The position numbers and the translations under genes were made by a program. From an uncultured bacterium (lineage in GTDB: Bacteria > B130-G9), in contig CBDVDH010000039.1 of assembly GCA_965372715.1 (NCBI GenBank), positions 1 to 37,155 on the forward strand: a stretch of 37,155 bases of DNA, given 5' to 3'. The notes under the pieces were generated by a model. The model saw only the letters and a list, made by a program, of their open reading frames with translations. It ran no database searches and was not told the DNA's origin. This document shows, one piece after another, positions 1 through 9,502 of this stretch (the stretch's first letter is position 1; every line of letters begins with the position of its first letter).

Positions 1-210
1 CACCCACCGGCTGCAACACGAATCGGTGTTGTATCCCCCAAGAACCGCCTTGCGAAAGAGTCAATCGACTTCAAGACGCCGGGCAGTTCATATCAATATG
101 GTTCTTCGCGGTCGCAGCAATCGCTGACTGCAAAGGCAAGACCAGTGGTCTCTCCGAGGTCAATCACCATCAATCTGAATATAAGGGCGCTGACCAACCA
201 AGATCACGCG

Positions 211-230
211 TTCGACTTTTGACTTTCGAC
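211..230 (-). repeat. Tandem heptamer repeat (GTCGAAA-like, ~3 units)
   Basis: ttcgacttttgactttcgac; reverse complement is gtcgaaa-gtcaaaa-gtcgaa, the same unit as at 34764-34794. Confidence 0.6.
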
Positions 231-305
231 GCCACCTCAGCGTATCTTTGTTCTTGATATTCTCTTCATTGTAGTGAAGGCAGAATAGCCAGCGAAGGAG
301 CCGTT

Positions 306-824
306 TTGAGCAAGGCCAAAGAGGCGATTGTCGTCGTTGACGTGCTCAACGGGTTCTTGCAGCCGGGTTATGCCCTTTATTGCGGCGATGACGCTAGGTC
401 CATTATTCCGAACGTCGTGTCGCTTTTGGTGTCCAGGCCCGACGCGGCCAGGGTCTTCGTCTGCGATAGCCATAGAGAGGGCGATCCGGAGTTTGGGGTG
501 TTTCCCCCGCACTGCATTGAGGGCACGGATGAGGCGCGGGTCATATCCGAGCTTGAGGCGTTTTTCGGCCGCATCGTGAAAAAGCAGACATTCGATGGTT
601 TTTTCGGGACCGAGCTCGCTGATGTCCTGGATGAATTGGCGCCCCAAAGTGTGTATGTGGTGGGCGTTTGCACGGACATCTGCGTGCTCTATACCGTGGC
701 CGGTCTCAGGCTAAGAGGCTTTGAGGTGATTGTTCCTAAGAAGTGTGTGGCTTCGTTCGATAAGGATTCACATGAGTGGGCACTTGGTCATTTTGTGAAC
801 GTGTTGGGCGCAAAAGTTGAGTGA
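306..824 (+). CDS. Isochorismatase-family cysteine hydrolase (nicotinamidase/PncA-like)
   Basis: VVVDVLNGF (catalytic Asp), DSH...HC metal ligands, KKQTFDGF (Lys), GVCTDICV (catalytic Cys); aaggag SD before TTG. Confidence 0.9.
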   Translation: MSKAKEAIVVVDVLNGFLQPGYALYCGDDARSIIPNVVSLLVSRPDAARVFVCDSHREGDPEFGVFPPHCIEGTDEARVISELEAFFGRIVKKQTFDGFFGTELADVLDELAPQSVYVVGVCTDICVLYTVAGLRLRGFEVIVPKKCVASFDKDSHEWALGHFVNVLGAKVE

Positions 825-1314
825 GGCGCAAAGCTCGTTTGATAGCGGGCTGAAAGCGAAGGACGTTATGACGCGGGACGTTGTAACCGTGTCCCCCTCA
901 ACCTCGCTGAAGGCGCTTGGTAGAATACTGGATGAGCACGACATCACAGGCGCCCCAGTAGTTGACGATGAGGGTCGCATCGTCGGGATCGTGTCACAGA
1001 CTGACATCCTTTTCTCGCAGCTCGCGGCCCAGATTGGCAACGAGGATTACGACGACATCTTTGACCTTTTCAGCGCCTCGCCTGAGGCCGGTGGTCCACA
1101 GGTCCGACACCGCCGGGCGCCTCAATGGGTTGAGGACATAATGACGAAGCACGTTGTTGTTGCGAGCGAGGAGATGACAGTTCTCGAGCTCTGTTCATTG
1201 CTCGCTGAGAAGGGGATTCATCGCGTCCCTGTAGCGAGCAAGGGCAGGCTTGTCGGGATAGTATCCGCTCTTGACCTCCTAAGGTCGCTTGCCGGAGGTG
1301 TTGAAGGACAGTAG
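817..1314 (+). CDS. CBS-domain pair protein
   Basis: Two CBS units: KDVMTRDVVTV...GAPVVD...VGIVSQTD and EDIMTKHVVV...HRVPV...VGIVSALD; overlaps the upstream stop. Confidence 0.9.
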   Translation: MSEAQSSFDSGLKAKDVMTRDVVTVSPSTSLKALGRILDEHDITGAPVVDDEGRIVGIVSQTDILFSQLAAQIGNEDYDDIFDLFSASPEAGGPQVRHRRAPQWVEDIMTKHVVVASEEMTVLELCSLLAEKGIHRVPVASKGRLVGIVSALDLLRSLAGGVEGQ

Positions 1315-1447
1315 GATTCCGATCCCGCGAGGCTAATTTCGGCCTTGCTTTATTGGGATGGTCATATATTATGGGGCTTGGTTGATAGCTTCGGGGTATG
1401 GTATTCCTTGTCCTGAAAGGAAGATGTTGTGCCAATCAGAAAAGCTA

Positions 1448-1477
1448 TTGACAGGTCTTGTATCGATAGATTAGTCT
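1448..1477 (+). promoter_or_regulatory. Putative sigma70 promoter for the 645-aa gene
   Basis: TTGACA (1448-1453)-N18-TAGTCT; ~100-nt leader containing hairpins; strong SD gaggagg at 1573-1579. Confidence 0.45.
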
Positions 1478-1586
1478 TGTGGTTGGCTGGAAAAGGCAGT
1501 CTGATTAGTATCTTCACCTGATGCTTGACTTTTCGGGGCTGAGTAGCAGCGTAACGTCATTTTGAAAACTTTGAGGAGGGCTCTTA

Positions 1587-3524
1587 ATGAAGAGAGCAAC
1601 TGTTGTTCTGGTTGCCTGTGTAGCGATGATTGCCGTTGCCGAGATGGGTCTGGCTGGGCGCGTTTTCGAGCCAGTGAACTTGGATACGCATACGGTTTTG
1701 GACAAGGTCGCGAGCTGTCGCTCCGAAGCATTTGTAAGAGGCGATGTTGAGCTGAAGCACGGAGGCATGTTCCCCATAGAGTGTATCTGGGGCGCCACCT
1801 ACGATGCGCGCAGCCACAACACCGGTCAGGAGGGGTCAATCCCTGAGGAGGGCGACGTTACGTTGCTAGTTACGGACCCCAACTACGACCCCAATGCGGC
1901 CGTAATCGATTGGCCGTTCAGCCTAGAAGGCACTTCCTGGCTTGATCCCGACCAAGGGAGGTCTGCGGGGCAGGAGATCGCATTTGTGGGCTACGAGGCT
2001 AATGACCATTATACTGGCACGATCTGGGCGATGAACGACGCGACTTACCTTTATATCGCGCTGGAGATTGATAAGGCCGCGCTCGCCTCGGGCGCCGCGA
2101 GCAACATCGCGTTCTATTTCGATCCCGACCATTATACTGACCCTGGGATGGCGCATTTTGTCGAGGACAGCGCGTTCATGGTTGCATTTGACATTACTGC
2201 TACCGGCGATGTCGCGGGCGACAGGAGCGGCTGGTGCACCGGCAATTGGGACAAGAATGACACGATAGCGCCCTGGCCGGATGCCTTCTACGTTACATCT
2301 GGCATCGATTACGCGGCTGGTTTTGCGGCTAACATGGCCGCCGAGGGCGACGCTCGCAAGACGGGGCGTTGGCATTTCCAGATGCGCGTTCCCATAGATT
2401 ATCTTGGCTGCGCCACGCCACTTGGCTCGACGCTTGGGTTGGCGATTTGCTATCTCGATGACGAGAATGGCGACGGCGCCATTGAGGAGAGCGGCGCCGG
2501 CAGCGAGGAGCTTTGGTGGCCGGTGGACATCGAGGACACGGGCGACGGTCAGGAAGAGGGCTGGGACACCTCTGACGCCATGTATATGGGCAACATCATC
2601 CTGAGTTACAGCGGCACCGGCAACATCTGCTGGGGCGACAGACTCTGGGGCGTCTATTTCGATCTTACTGAGCTCGATGAGACCACATGGCTCATTCTCA
2701 AGAATCCCTATGACACGACGCAGAGGACAGCGCTACGTTTCTATGAGTCCGACTATTCGTTTAGTTTTGACGAACAGCAGGGCGTTGTCAGGAGCTACGC
2801 AAACGGCCCCAGGGCGGGCCTTATCATCGCGAATGCGACAATGTGCCTCGACATTCCAGCCCACGGTGTTTACGTCCTGAATCTGCGGGATGTTGCCGAC
2901 AGGGATACTGGCGATCCGGGTGTCCTGATAGATGTGGTTGGCTCGATTGAGGTCTCAAATCCCGAGCTCTACGGCTACATGGCGCACATGAAGGGCATCA
3001 CGACTGGCATCCACGCGAGTTCTGTCAACCTCCTGGGCAACCCGCCGAGCGTTACCGAATACAACGACATGTGGCCTGACTTGACCGAGCAGGCTGCCCG
3101 CGCTGTCCTGGTCAACAACTACTACACGGTGGCTCAGGCCGACAACTACAGCACCAAGATAGCGATCTTCAACCCTTCTTGCTGTTATACAGCGCTAGTT
3201 GGTCTCAACGCTTTTGAGTGGCCAGGCACGGAGTATCAGGGCACGGACTATCCGCATCCGATTAGCATCATTGTCCCTGGGGACGATGTGGTCCTTCCTC
3301 CGCATCAAACGGTTGTCTTTGACCTCGGCGCGCTGCTATCCAACGCCATCGCCGGCAACCCGCTATACCGCCGCGGGAGCGTTGAGATAGAGGTACTCGA
3401 CGGAGGCGACCAAGGCGGCTATACGGAGAACGAGATACTGATCGGCACCACCTGGCGCTACTCTGGAACTCAGTCCTATGCGGACACCATGAGGGTCTAT
3501 TATCTCGGCGAGCGAGGCGAGTAA
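1587..3524 (+). CDS. Secreted acidic protein; CBM9/DOMON-like region plus two C-terminal beta-sandwich repeats; surface/S-layer candidate
   Basis: Signal peptide MKRATVVLVACVAMIAVA; IWAMNDATYLYIALEI...FYFDPDH resembles CBM9/DOMON; repeats TWLILKNPY...GSIEV and TKIAIFNPS...GSVEI. Confidence 0.75.
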   Translation: MKRATVVLVACVAMIAVAEMGLAGRVFEPVNLDTHTVLDKVASCRSEAFVRGDVELKHGGMFPIECIWGATYDARSHNTGQEGSIPEEGDVTLLVTDPNYDPNAAVIDWPFSLEGTSWLDPDQGRSAGQEIAFVGYEANDHYTGTIWAMNDATYLYIALEIDKAALASGAASNIAFYFDPDHYTDPGMAHFVEDSAFMVAFDITATGDVAGDRSGWCTGNWDKNDTIAPWPDAFYVTSGIDYAAGFAANMAAEGDARKTGRWHFQMRVPIDYLGCATPLGSTLGLAICYLDDENGDGAIEESGAGSEELWWPVDIEDTGDGQEEGWDTSDAMYMGNIILSYSGTGNICWGDRLWGVYFDLTELDETTWLILKNPYDTTQRTALRFYESDYSFSFDEQQGVVRSYANGPRAGLIIANATMCLDIPAHGVYVLNLRDVADRDTGDPGVLIDVVGSIEVSNPELYGYMAHMKGITTGIHASSVNLLGNPPSVTEYNDMWPDLTEQAARAVLVNNYYTVAQADNYSTKIAIFNPSCCYTALVGLNAFEWPGTEYQGTDYPHPISIIVPGDDVVLPPHQTVVFDLGALLSNAIAGNPLYRRGSVEIEVLDGGDQGGYTENEILIGTTWRYSGTQSYADTMRVYYLGERGE

Positions 3525-3592
3525 TAACAGGCTTCATTTCTCTAGCGAAGATAGGAAAAAGATCAATAGACTGAAGATATTAACGCTTATTA

Positions 3593-3646
3593 CATGACAG
3601 GCCACGGAGCCTCGAGAACATCGGGGTTCTTGTGGCTGGCGTCGTG
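3593..3646 (+). other. Long stem-loop in the 3' UTR
   Basis: ggccacggagcctcga pairs with tcggggttcttgtggct (one bulge, several G-U), closed by catgac/gtcgtg. Confidence 0.55.
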
Positions 3647-3656
3647 AGCCTCCACA

Positions 3657-3690
3657 AAGCGCCTCAGGAAACTGGGGCGCTTCTGTTTTT
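3657..3690 (+). terminator. Rho-independent terminator
   Basis: Stem aagcgcctcag / ctggggcgctt, GAAA loop, followed by ctgttttt. Confidence 0.8.
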
Positions 3691-3784
3691 ACCCACTGGT
3701 GCTGGATGTGGGCACATCGCCCGGACGTCCAACGACTTCAGTAGGGTGCCGCTTGGAGGCCGGGACACAAGTCGTTGCGGTTGT

Positions 3785-3890
3785 GTAGTGGCGTGGTCTC
3801 AGACCTGTCCTTTCGAATTGATGGTCGCATAAGATGCCTCGTATCCGCAGGGATTCATGTAGGCGGGCGGGTCTGAGACACCGCCCCTAC
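3785..3890. repeat. Inverted pair of GTAG-type REP elements
   Basis: gtagtggcgtggtctcagacctgtcc (3785-3810) and, on the minus strand, gtaggggcggtgtctcagacccgccc (3890-3865). Confidence 0.7.
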
Positions 3891-4029
3891 AAAGGTGCTC
3901 TTCTAGAATCGCAGCCCTGTCTGCCACATATCCCTTGCCCAAAACTCTCGGTTTGAGATAATCGCCCTTGGCATCAAGTTTCAATGCTTCTGGTTAATGA
4001 TCGCAGGACTGACACAAGGAGAACTGAAA

Positions 4030-7000
4030 ATGACTCGCGCGAGAATGCCTACCGCATTTGCGATTCTGCTATTTGTGATGGCGGTCTTGTGCGCCGATTC
4101 GGGCGCAGCCGAGCAGCCGGCGTTGCAGAGGGGAATCGTGGAGCTGCCGGACGCCAAGCTCAGTGAGAATGTCACAGTGCAGAAGGGCTTAGCGGCGGTC
4201 AGCTCGCTGAGAAGGTCGGCAAAGGCAGCAAGGCGGAACGTTGGCCTGAGAGATGACCTCGGAATCTGGGAGCGCCCCAGGCTCCAGTCCGGCAATGGCA
4301 TGTTTTCGCTTGTCGATGACCCGTTGGGCATCTCGAATACTTGTATTGAGGCGATCGAGATCGCGCCAGTTTGGCTCAGGCAGGACCTTCACGACGCGTT
4401 TTCAAGGCTCGGGAGTAACTCGGATTTGTTCGCTGAGCTTTTGCTTGCGTGTCCGGACATCAGGTACGTCGATGAGGTGGCGTTCACGATTGCGCACGTC
4501 GCGACGCGAGAGCTGAATCGCTTGGCGGACAAGGGCGACGAGGGTCTTCTCTCAATCAATGCGGAGTATATCTATCTGAATGCTGAGCATCTGAACTACG
4601 TCCGTGTCGTCGAATACGACGACGAATCGGGCGGTGGCGATTTCTTCACGACAATCGCCTACTGGGTTGAGGACGGCGGGCAGAGGATTGAGAAGGAGCT
4701 GCCGATGGACTATTACTATTGGTACATCGTGCACCCCAAGATCAACACCGAATATCTGAAGATGGACGATGAGCCGAGTGCGCAGCAGGCGACCTATGGC
4801 TACTTCTGGCGTGAGTTCTTGTTTGAGGACCCCTCCGAGGACAACTCCTATAGACGGCATTTCTTTCAAACGCAGCCGAACGAGATTCCGGCCGATGATC
4901 TGGCAGGGCTCGCTGCCTACGCAACCGGTCATTTGACAAGCAGGTCCAACGATTTGTTTCCGATCGTTTATGACGAGGACGGCGGCGGGGTCTTGCTTTC
5001 CGAGATGCGCTATGAGGCCTCGGAGATAATCGCGACGACGATTCGGCTGGAGCAGGCCTACGAGGACGGCGTCTCAAACCTCCTTGAGAACGTTGTGCTG
5101 TATGGGGATTGCGCGCAGCTCATGCCAGCCGGCAGCAAAGTACTGATCATCATGGATCAGGGCTCCACCGTGATCGAGGACATCCTTGTCGAGCACGAAT
5201 ACAACAAGAGGGTCGTTCATTCCAATAGGATCGGCGATCTTTCTCTGTCGGAATACTACAAGATCATCGTCCCGTCCGATCAGCCCAAGGAGCTATACGA
5301 GGCGCTTGCGGCGAACAAGACGTGGATAACGGCCTGGTTCGACAGCGTCTCGCCCTATGCTGGCAGAGTGTTTGAGTTTCACGCGGCCTGCCAGCCAGAG
5401 GATGCTTGGACCTCGCTCTCGATGCTCGGCGGCCTGAGGTGTACCGATTTGAATGAGGCTCAGATAGGTTCGCTTGCCTTTGGGGGTTATCCGAGTTTGA
5501 AAGAGGCGATGTCTGAACCTGTTATCCTCTGGAACGGTCGTGAGACCAGCAGGGGTGGGCGCGTGCCATTCAGGGAGGACGAGAACGCGCTGATCAGGCT
5601 CGGCAAGTGGGTCAATAAGATAGTTCCAGTTCTTGCCAGGGATGCTTACCATCGAGGGGTCCAGGCCAATCAGATAGCGGTAGAACACAACGGCAACTGC
5701 GGCGAGAATCAGGATATTCTGTGCGCGGCAGCTCGCGCATGTCTGATTCCGGTAAGCTGCGTTGACTTGCACGGGGAGGACCACGTCTGGAACGAGTTCT
5801 ACGATGATGGTTGGCACTTCTATGAGACTTGGCGCGGCGGCGTTATGACGACGTTGGGCGGCAAGGGCACGGGCGTTTTAGATATGGATTACGGCGGGCG
5901 CTATCCCTTCTCGGGAACCTTAAGATGGCGGAACGATGGCCTGGTGGAGGTGACGACCGATTTCTACAGCGAGACCTGCGAGCTCGCAGCAACTGTTCTG
6001 GACAGAAACGGCGTGCCCGTTGACGGCGCATTGGTTGAGGTCTGGGCGAGCAACGTGCTGGCCGGGCCCTACCCCGACTACATGAGAAGTGTTTGGGGCC
6101 ATACCGACGGCGCCGGCACGGTGACGATGAATCTCGGCAACACTCGGAATCTTTATGCAAGGGCCGAGACGCCCCTTGGCGACTACCCAGCGGGCACAGA
6201 CACCATAGAAGAGTTCGCGCCCTATTCTCAAACTGGCCGGGTCTATTCTTGGGATGTGTCGGTATCAGGGACGATGCCGTCGCTGGACCTGTTCGAGGTG
6301 GAAGCGCCGTCGGCGCAGGATGGCTCGCACCTTTCGATAACGTTCGAGCTACCCTATCAGACGCTCTACTGCGAGAACCCCATGGACAGAAACGTCGCGG
6401 CGCAGAAGCTGACGCCCGGACAGATAGATTTCCTCATCTGCGACGCTGAGAACTTCGCAAAGCTCGAAAGAGGTGAGCCGGCCTGCGCCTTCGAGATCAT
6501 GAGGGACGCTGAGGACGGTGGCCTCGACTTCGCGGTCAATACGGACGCGGAATACTATCTCGTCTTCTCGAACCTGGACCGGCTGGCACTGAATCAGGCG
6601 CTTTACTACAGCCTCGACGTCGTCGATGCCGAGGGTCGCATCGTGGACAGCATCAGCAACCTTGTCAGAGTGCCGCCTGAAAGCTATCACGCCGTCAAGT
6701 GGACACATCAGACCGTCGTCAATCAGCGTCCTGTTATAGTCGAGGCGGGTTTTCTTGACACCACGATTTCGGAATCTGAGGGCGGGCTTTTCACCGCGAT
6801 TGCCTATGTTATAGACCCGGACGGCGCAGGAGACATCGAGTCGGTGCAACTGTTTTACTATGGATCACCCACGGGTCTGTTTTTGGTTGACGACGGCACG
6901 AGCGGAGACGGCGCCGGGGCCGACTCGCTATTCACGTTGCAGACCGACATTTCGCCGGGCACGCCAGCCGGTCTTCACCGGCTTTCCATGGTTGCCGTCG

Positions 7001-7548
7001 ATGCGGCTGGGGATGAAAGCGTCGAATGGCCCTACGTAGAGGTCAAGTTTAGCCGACGTAGCTCTGCGAGCTACTATGGCGAAGTCGGCCAGATGTTGGG
7101 TTCTCGGCGGCGGGGTCCGTATCGCCAATTGGCCCTGGACCGGGCGTTCGCGCTCCAGGCCCACCGTGCCGTGGAACGCGCTCTGTCTGAGGCTAGGTCC
7201 CGATTTGACTCGGTGAACGTCGATGCTCCGGTCATCATGGCGGGGGGATTCGGCTTCACGGATATCTCTTCAGCGGCCGGCGGGCAGCTGACCATCTATG
7301 CGCACGTGAAATCGTTTGGGGAAAACATTCAGCGGCTCGAGGCGTTCCTCGAGGGCGGCGCCTCGCTCGGGATATTCTTGCACGACGATGGTCTTGGCGC
7401 TGATGCAGTTGCTGGCGACGGACAGTTTACCTTCCAGTCTTCACTTGCTGGAGGTGTGCCAGCAGGCCAGTATTTGATCGAGCTTGTCGCCACGACCTCC
7501 GGCGGCCAGCAAAGCGCCACATACCCTTATCTGATGGTCACTGAGTAG
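4030..7548 (+). CDS. Secreted transglutaminase-like (papain-fold) protein with two tandem C-terminal choice-of-anchor-X-like domains
   Basis: ATG 4030 after aaggag SD (ORF is open from 3997); signal peptide; GNCGE...DHVWNEFYDDGWHFYE Cys-His-acid triad; LVDDGTSGD..AD and LHDDGLGAD..AGDG motifs near the C-terminus. Confidence 0.8.
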   Translation: MTRARMPTAFAILLFVMAVLCADSGAAEQPALQRGIVELPDAKLSENVTVQKGLAAVSSLRRSAKAARRNVGLRDDLGIWERPRLQSGNGMFSLVDDPLGISNTCIEAIEIAPVWLRQDLHDAFSRLGSNSDLFAELLLACPDIRYVDEVAFTIAHVATRELNRLADKGDEGLLSINAEYIYLNAEHLNYVRVVEYDDESGGGDFFTTIAYWVEDGGQRIEKELPMDYYYWYIVHPKINTEYLKMDDEPSAQQATYGYFWREFLFEDPSEDNSYRRHFFQTQPNEIPADDLAGLAAYATGHLTSRSNDLFPIVYDEDGGGVLLSEMRYEASEIIATTIRLEQAYEDGVSNLLENVVLYGDCAQLMPAGSKVLIIMDQGSTVIEDILVEHEYNKRVVHSNRIGDLSLSEYYKIIVPSDQPKELYEALAANKTWITAWFDSVSPYAGRVFEFHAACQPEDAWTSLSMLGGLRCTDLNEAQIGSLAFGGYPSLKEAMSEPVILWNGRETSRGGRVPFREDENALIRLGKWVNKIVPVLARDAYHRGVQANQIAVEHNGNCGENQDILCAAARACLIPVSCVDLHGEDHVWNEFYDDGWHFYETWRGGVMTTLGGKGTGVLDMDYGGRYPFSGTLRWRNDGLVEVTTDFYSETCELAATVLDRNGVPVDGALVEVWASNVLAGPYPDYMRSVWGHTDGAGTVTMNLGNTRNLYARAETPLGDYPAGTDTIEEFAPYSQTGRVYSWDVSVSGTMPSLDLFEVEAPSAQDGSHLSITFELPYQTLYCENPMDRNVAAQKLTPGQIDFLICDAENFAKLERGEPACAFEIMRDAEDGGLDFAVNTDAEYYLVFSNLDRLALNQALYYSLDVVDAEGRIVDSISNLVRVPPESYHAVKWTHQTVVNQRPVIVEAGFLDTTISESEGGLFTAIAYVIDPDGAGDIESVQLFYYGSPTGLFLVDDGTSGDGAGADSLFTLQTDISPGTPAGLHRLSMVAVDAAGDESVEWPYVEVKFSRRSSASYYGEVGQMLGSRRRGPYRQLALDRAFALQAHRAVERALSEARSRFDSVNVDAPVIMAGGFGFTDISSAAGGQLTIYAHVKSFGENIQRLEAFLEGGASLGIFLHDDGLGADAVAGDGQFTFQSSLAGGVPAGQYLIELVATTSGGQQSATYPYLMVTE

Positions 7549-7602
7549 GGTTGCTCCACACATTGAGCCAGTCTCAATTCACAGATAAGGTGAGCTATTA
7601 AG

Positions 7603-9315
7603 ATGTTGCCTAGTTGGACTCATCAAAAATGCAGCCTGGCGGTTGTCTTGGCTCTGCTGCTCGTCGCAGGCGCAGCCTCCCTCAGTCAGGGCATATCGAA
7701 AGCTGGGCGCGTCTCCGCAGAGATTCAGAACGGCAAGAGAATCTACATTCAGCACAGGGCCAGGAGCGGCGATAGCTACATACTCATATCGAAACGTTGG
7801 ACCGGCTCGTCGAGCAATTGGCGGGCAATAAAGAGGCTCAACGGCAACAGGCGCCTCCTGGCCGGTTCTATCTGTAGGGTACCCTACTACCTTCTGTCCC
7901 TGAGGCACAAGTATTCGGCGATTGTCACGTTGTTTCCTTCCGACCAGTATGAAGACGGCGAGTGGAGTCACAAGGTTACCTACAGGGGAGAGACGGTCTC
8001 ATCGATCGCCTCCTGGTTGACCGGTTCATCGAAGAACGCCTCAAAGATTCTGGCGCACAACAAGCTTAAGGGCGTCCTTTTGCTCGGGTCCCGCATCAAG
8101 GTGCCAGCTAGGTTACTACTCGATGTTTTCAAGACCGGAGGCGGCGAGAAGACCGACGGCTCTCGCCTAACCTTCAAGACCGACAGGAGGGGGACATACG
8201 CGTCCTACAGGCTGAGGAGGGGCGAGGCGCTTTATTCAAGCGTGGTCGTTCGCTACACCGGTAAGATCAGCCACGATGACGTGATGGAGGCGGTTGCCGA
8301 TATCAAGAGACTGAGCGGCATACGTGACGTCAAGAAGATTCCCGTGGGGTTCGAGATCAAGATACCAATCGACCTTTTGCTCGCACAGTATCTCCCAGAG
8401 GGTGATCCTCGGCGAAAGCAATACGAGGCGAATATGAAGGAGGTCTCGCGGTACCGCAACGTCTCCCTGGCGAGGGACCTCGACGGGGTTCACGTGATAC
8501 TCGACCCGGGCCACGGCGGTCGCGATCCTGGCGCCATCGGCAGAATGGGGATTTACGAGGACGAGTATGTCTATGACATAGCTTGCCGGATAAGACGGAT
8601 GCTTCGGTCCCAAACGAGGGCAAAGGTCTATATGACGCTCATGGACAAGAGGGCAGGCTATAAGGTCGTGAACTCGAAGCGCCTTCCCCCTGACAGGAAT
8701 GAGGTGCTGCTCACGACTCCTCAGTACTGGAATAAGAATGCGAGGGTGTCAGCGAACCTGCGGTGTTTCCTTGTCGCATCGATTTATCGCAGCCTTCCCC
8801 GTGCAGCTAAGAAGAACAACAGAGTAGTTTTCACTAGCGTTCACGCTGATTCGCTGTATCCGGCGTTGACCGGGGCCTCAATCTACATACCCGACGCTTA
8901 TCTTTCCCGCAAGCCGCTCAATCGAACGGGCGGTATCTACGATCGCATCAAAGAGGTTCGCTCTTGCCGACCGATAAGGACGACGTATTCGCAACGGGTT
9001 CGGTCCGAGGGCTATTCCCGTGATTTCTCGTTTGAGCTCCTGGCCGCGTTCAAGAGGCACAACGTTGTAACTCTCTCGTATCACCCCGTTAGGGACCGCG
9101 TAACGCGGGGCAGGAGAGAATATGTTCCGGCGGTAATACGTTACAATCCTGTTCCGACCAAGCTTCTGCTGGAGGTCGCAAACTTGCGCAACCTGAGGGA
9201 TTGCCGCCGCCTGATGGACCCCAATTACAGGGAGCTGATTGCGACGGCCTATGTGGATGCGCTGAAGCGGTATTACGGCAGAAAATCCAGGCAGATTGCC
9301 GAGTCAGCAAGATAG
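7603..9315 (+). CDS. N-acetylmuramoyl-L-alanine amidase (Amidase_3) with about three N-terminal LysM-like domains
   Basis: ILDPGHGGRDPGA, YEDEYVYDIA, SVHADS, LLEVAN; LysM-like segments RSGDSY..IS, YRGETVSSIA, RRGEALYS; signal peptide. Confidence 0.88.
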   Translation: MLPSWTHQKCSLAVVLALLLVAGAASLSQGISKAGRVSAEIQNGKRIYIQHRARSGDSYILISKRWTGSSSNWRAIKRLNGNRRLLAGSICRVPYYLLSLRHKYSAIVTLFPSDQYEDGEWSHKVTYRGETVSSIASWLTGSSKNASKILAHNKLKGVLLLGSRIKVPARLLLDVFKTGGGEKTDGSRLTFKTDRRGTYASYRLRRGEALYSSVVVRYTGKISHDDVMEAVADIKRLSGIRDVKKIPVGFEIKIPIDLLLAQYLPEGDPRRKQYEANMKEVSRYRNVSLARDLDGVHVILDPGHGGRDPGAIGRMGIYEDEYVYDIACRIRRMLRSQTRAKVYMTLMDKRAGYKVVNSKRLPPDRNEVLLTTPQYWNKNARVSANLRCFLVASIYRSLPRAAKKNNRVVFTSVHADSLYPALTGASIYIPDAYLSRKPLNRTGGIYDRIKEVRSCRPIRTTYSQRVRSEGYSRDFSFELLAAFKRHNVVTLSYHPVRDRVTRGRREYVPAVIRYNPVPTKLLLEVANLRNLRDCRRLMDPNYRELIATAYVDALKRYYGRKSRQIAESAR

Positions 9316-9408
9316 GGACGGATAGAGTTCTGGCGAGTCGTCGATTCGGGCAGCCCTCGGCCGGTCGATTTCGCGCTGTTCCCCATGCTGGGATACGACG
9401 GCGAGATA

Positions 9409-9438
9409 TTGACAGCGCCGCTTGAAGGTGGTTATATT
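9409..9438 (+). promoter_or_regulatory. Putative sigma70 promoter
   Basis: TTGACA (9409-9414)-N18-TATATT upstream of 9503; SD agggaggg. Confidence 0.55.
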
Positions 9439-9502
9439 TTGCCATCAACGACTGCGCGGACTTGAATTGACATAACATAAACGCCCCAGGGAGGGAACCA
9501 AA

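Noticed and set aside
167-187. Weak similarity (16/21) to the MITE/IS end motif
   Set aside because: The A-tract is degenerate and no partner end is visible; could be chance.
3-197. Minus-strand frame MVSALIFRLMVIDLGE...EEPY*YELPG with an in-frame TGA (possible selenocysteine or readthrough)
   Set aside because: No recognisable homology, redox motif or SECIS; TGA acts as a normal stop in many genes here; truncated by the window edge.
1315-1586. Riboswitch or ncRNA in the long intergenic region
   Set aside because: Hairpins are present but no known aptamer consensus was recognised; an Infernal/Rfam scan would be needed.
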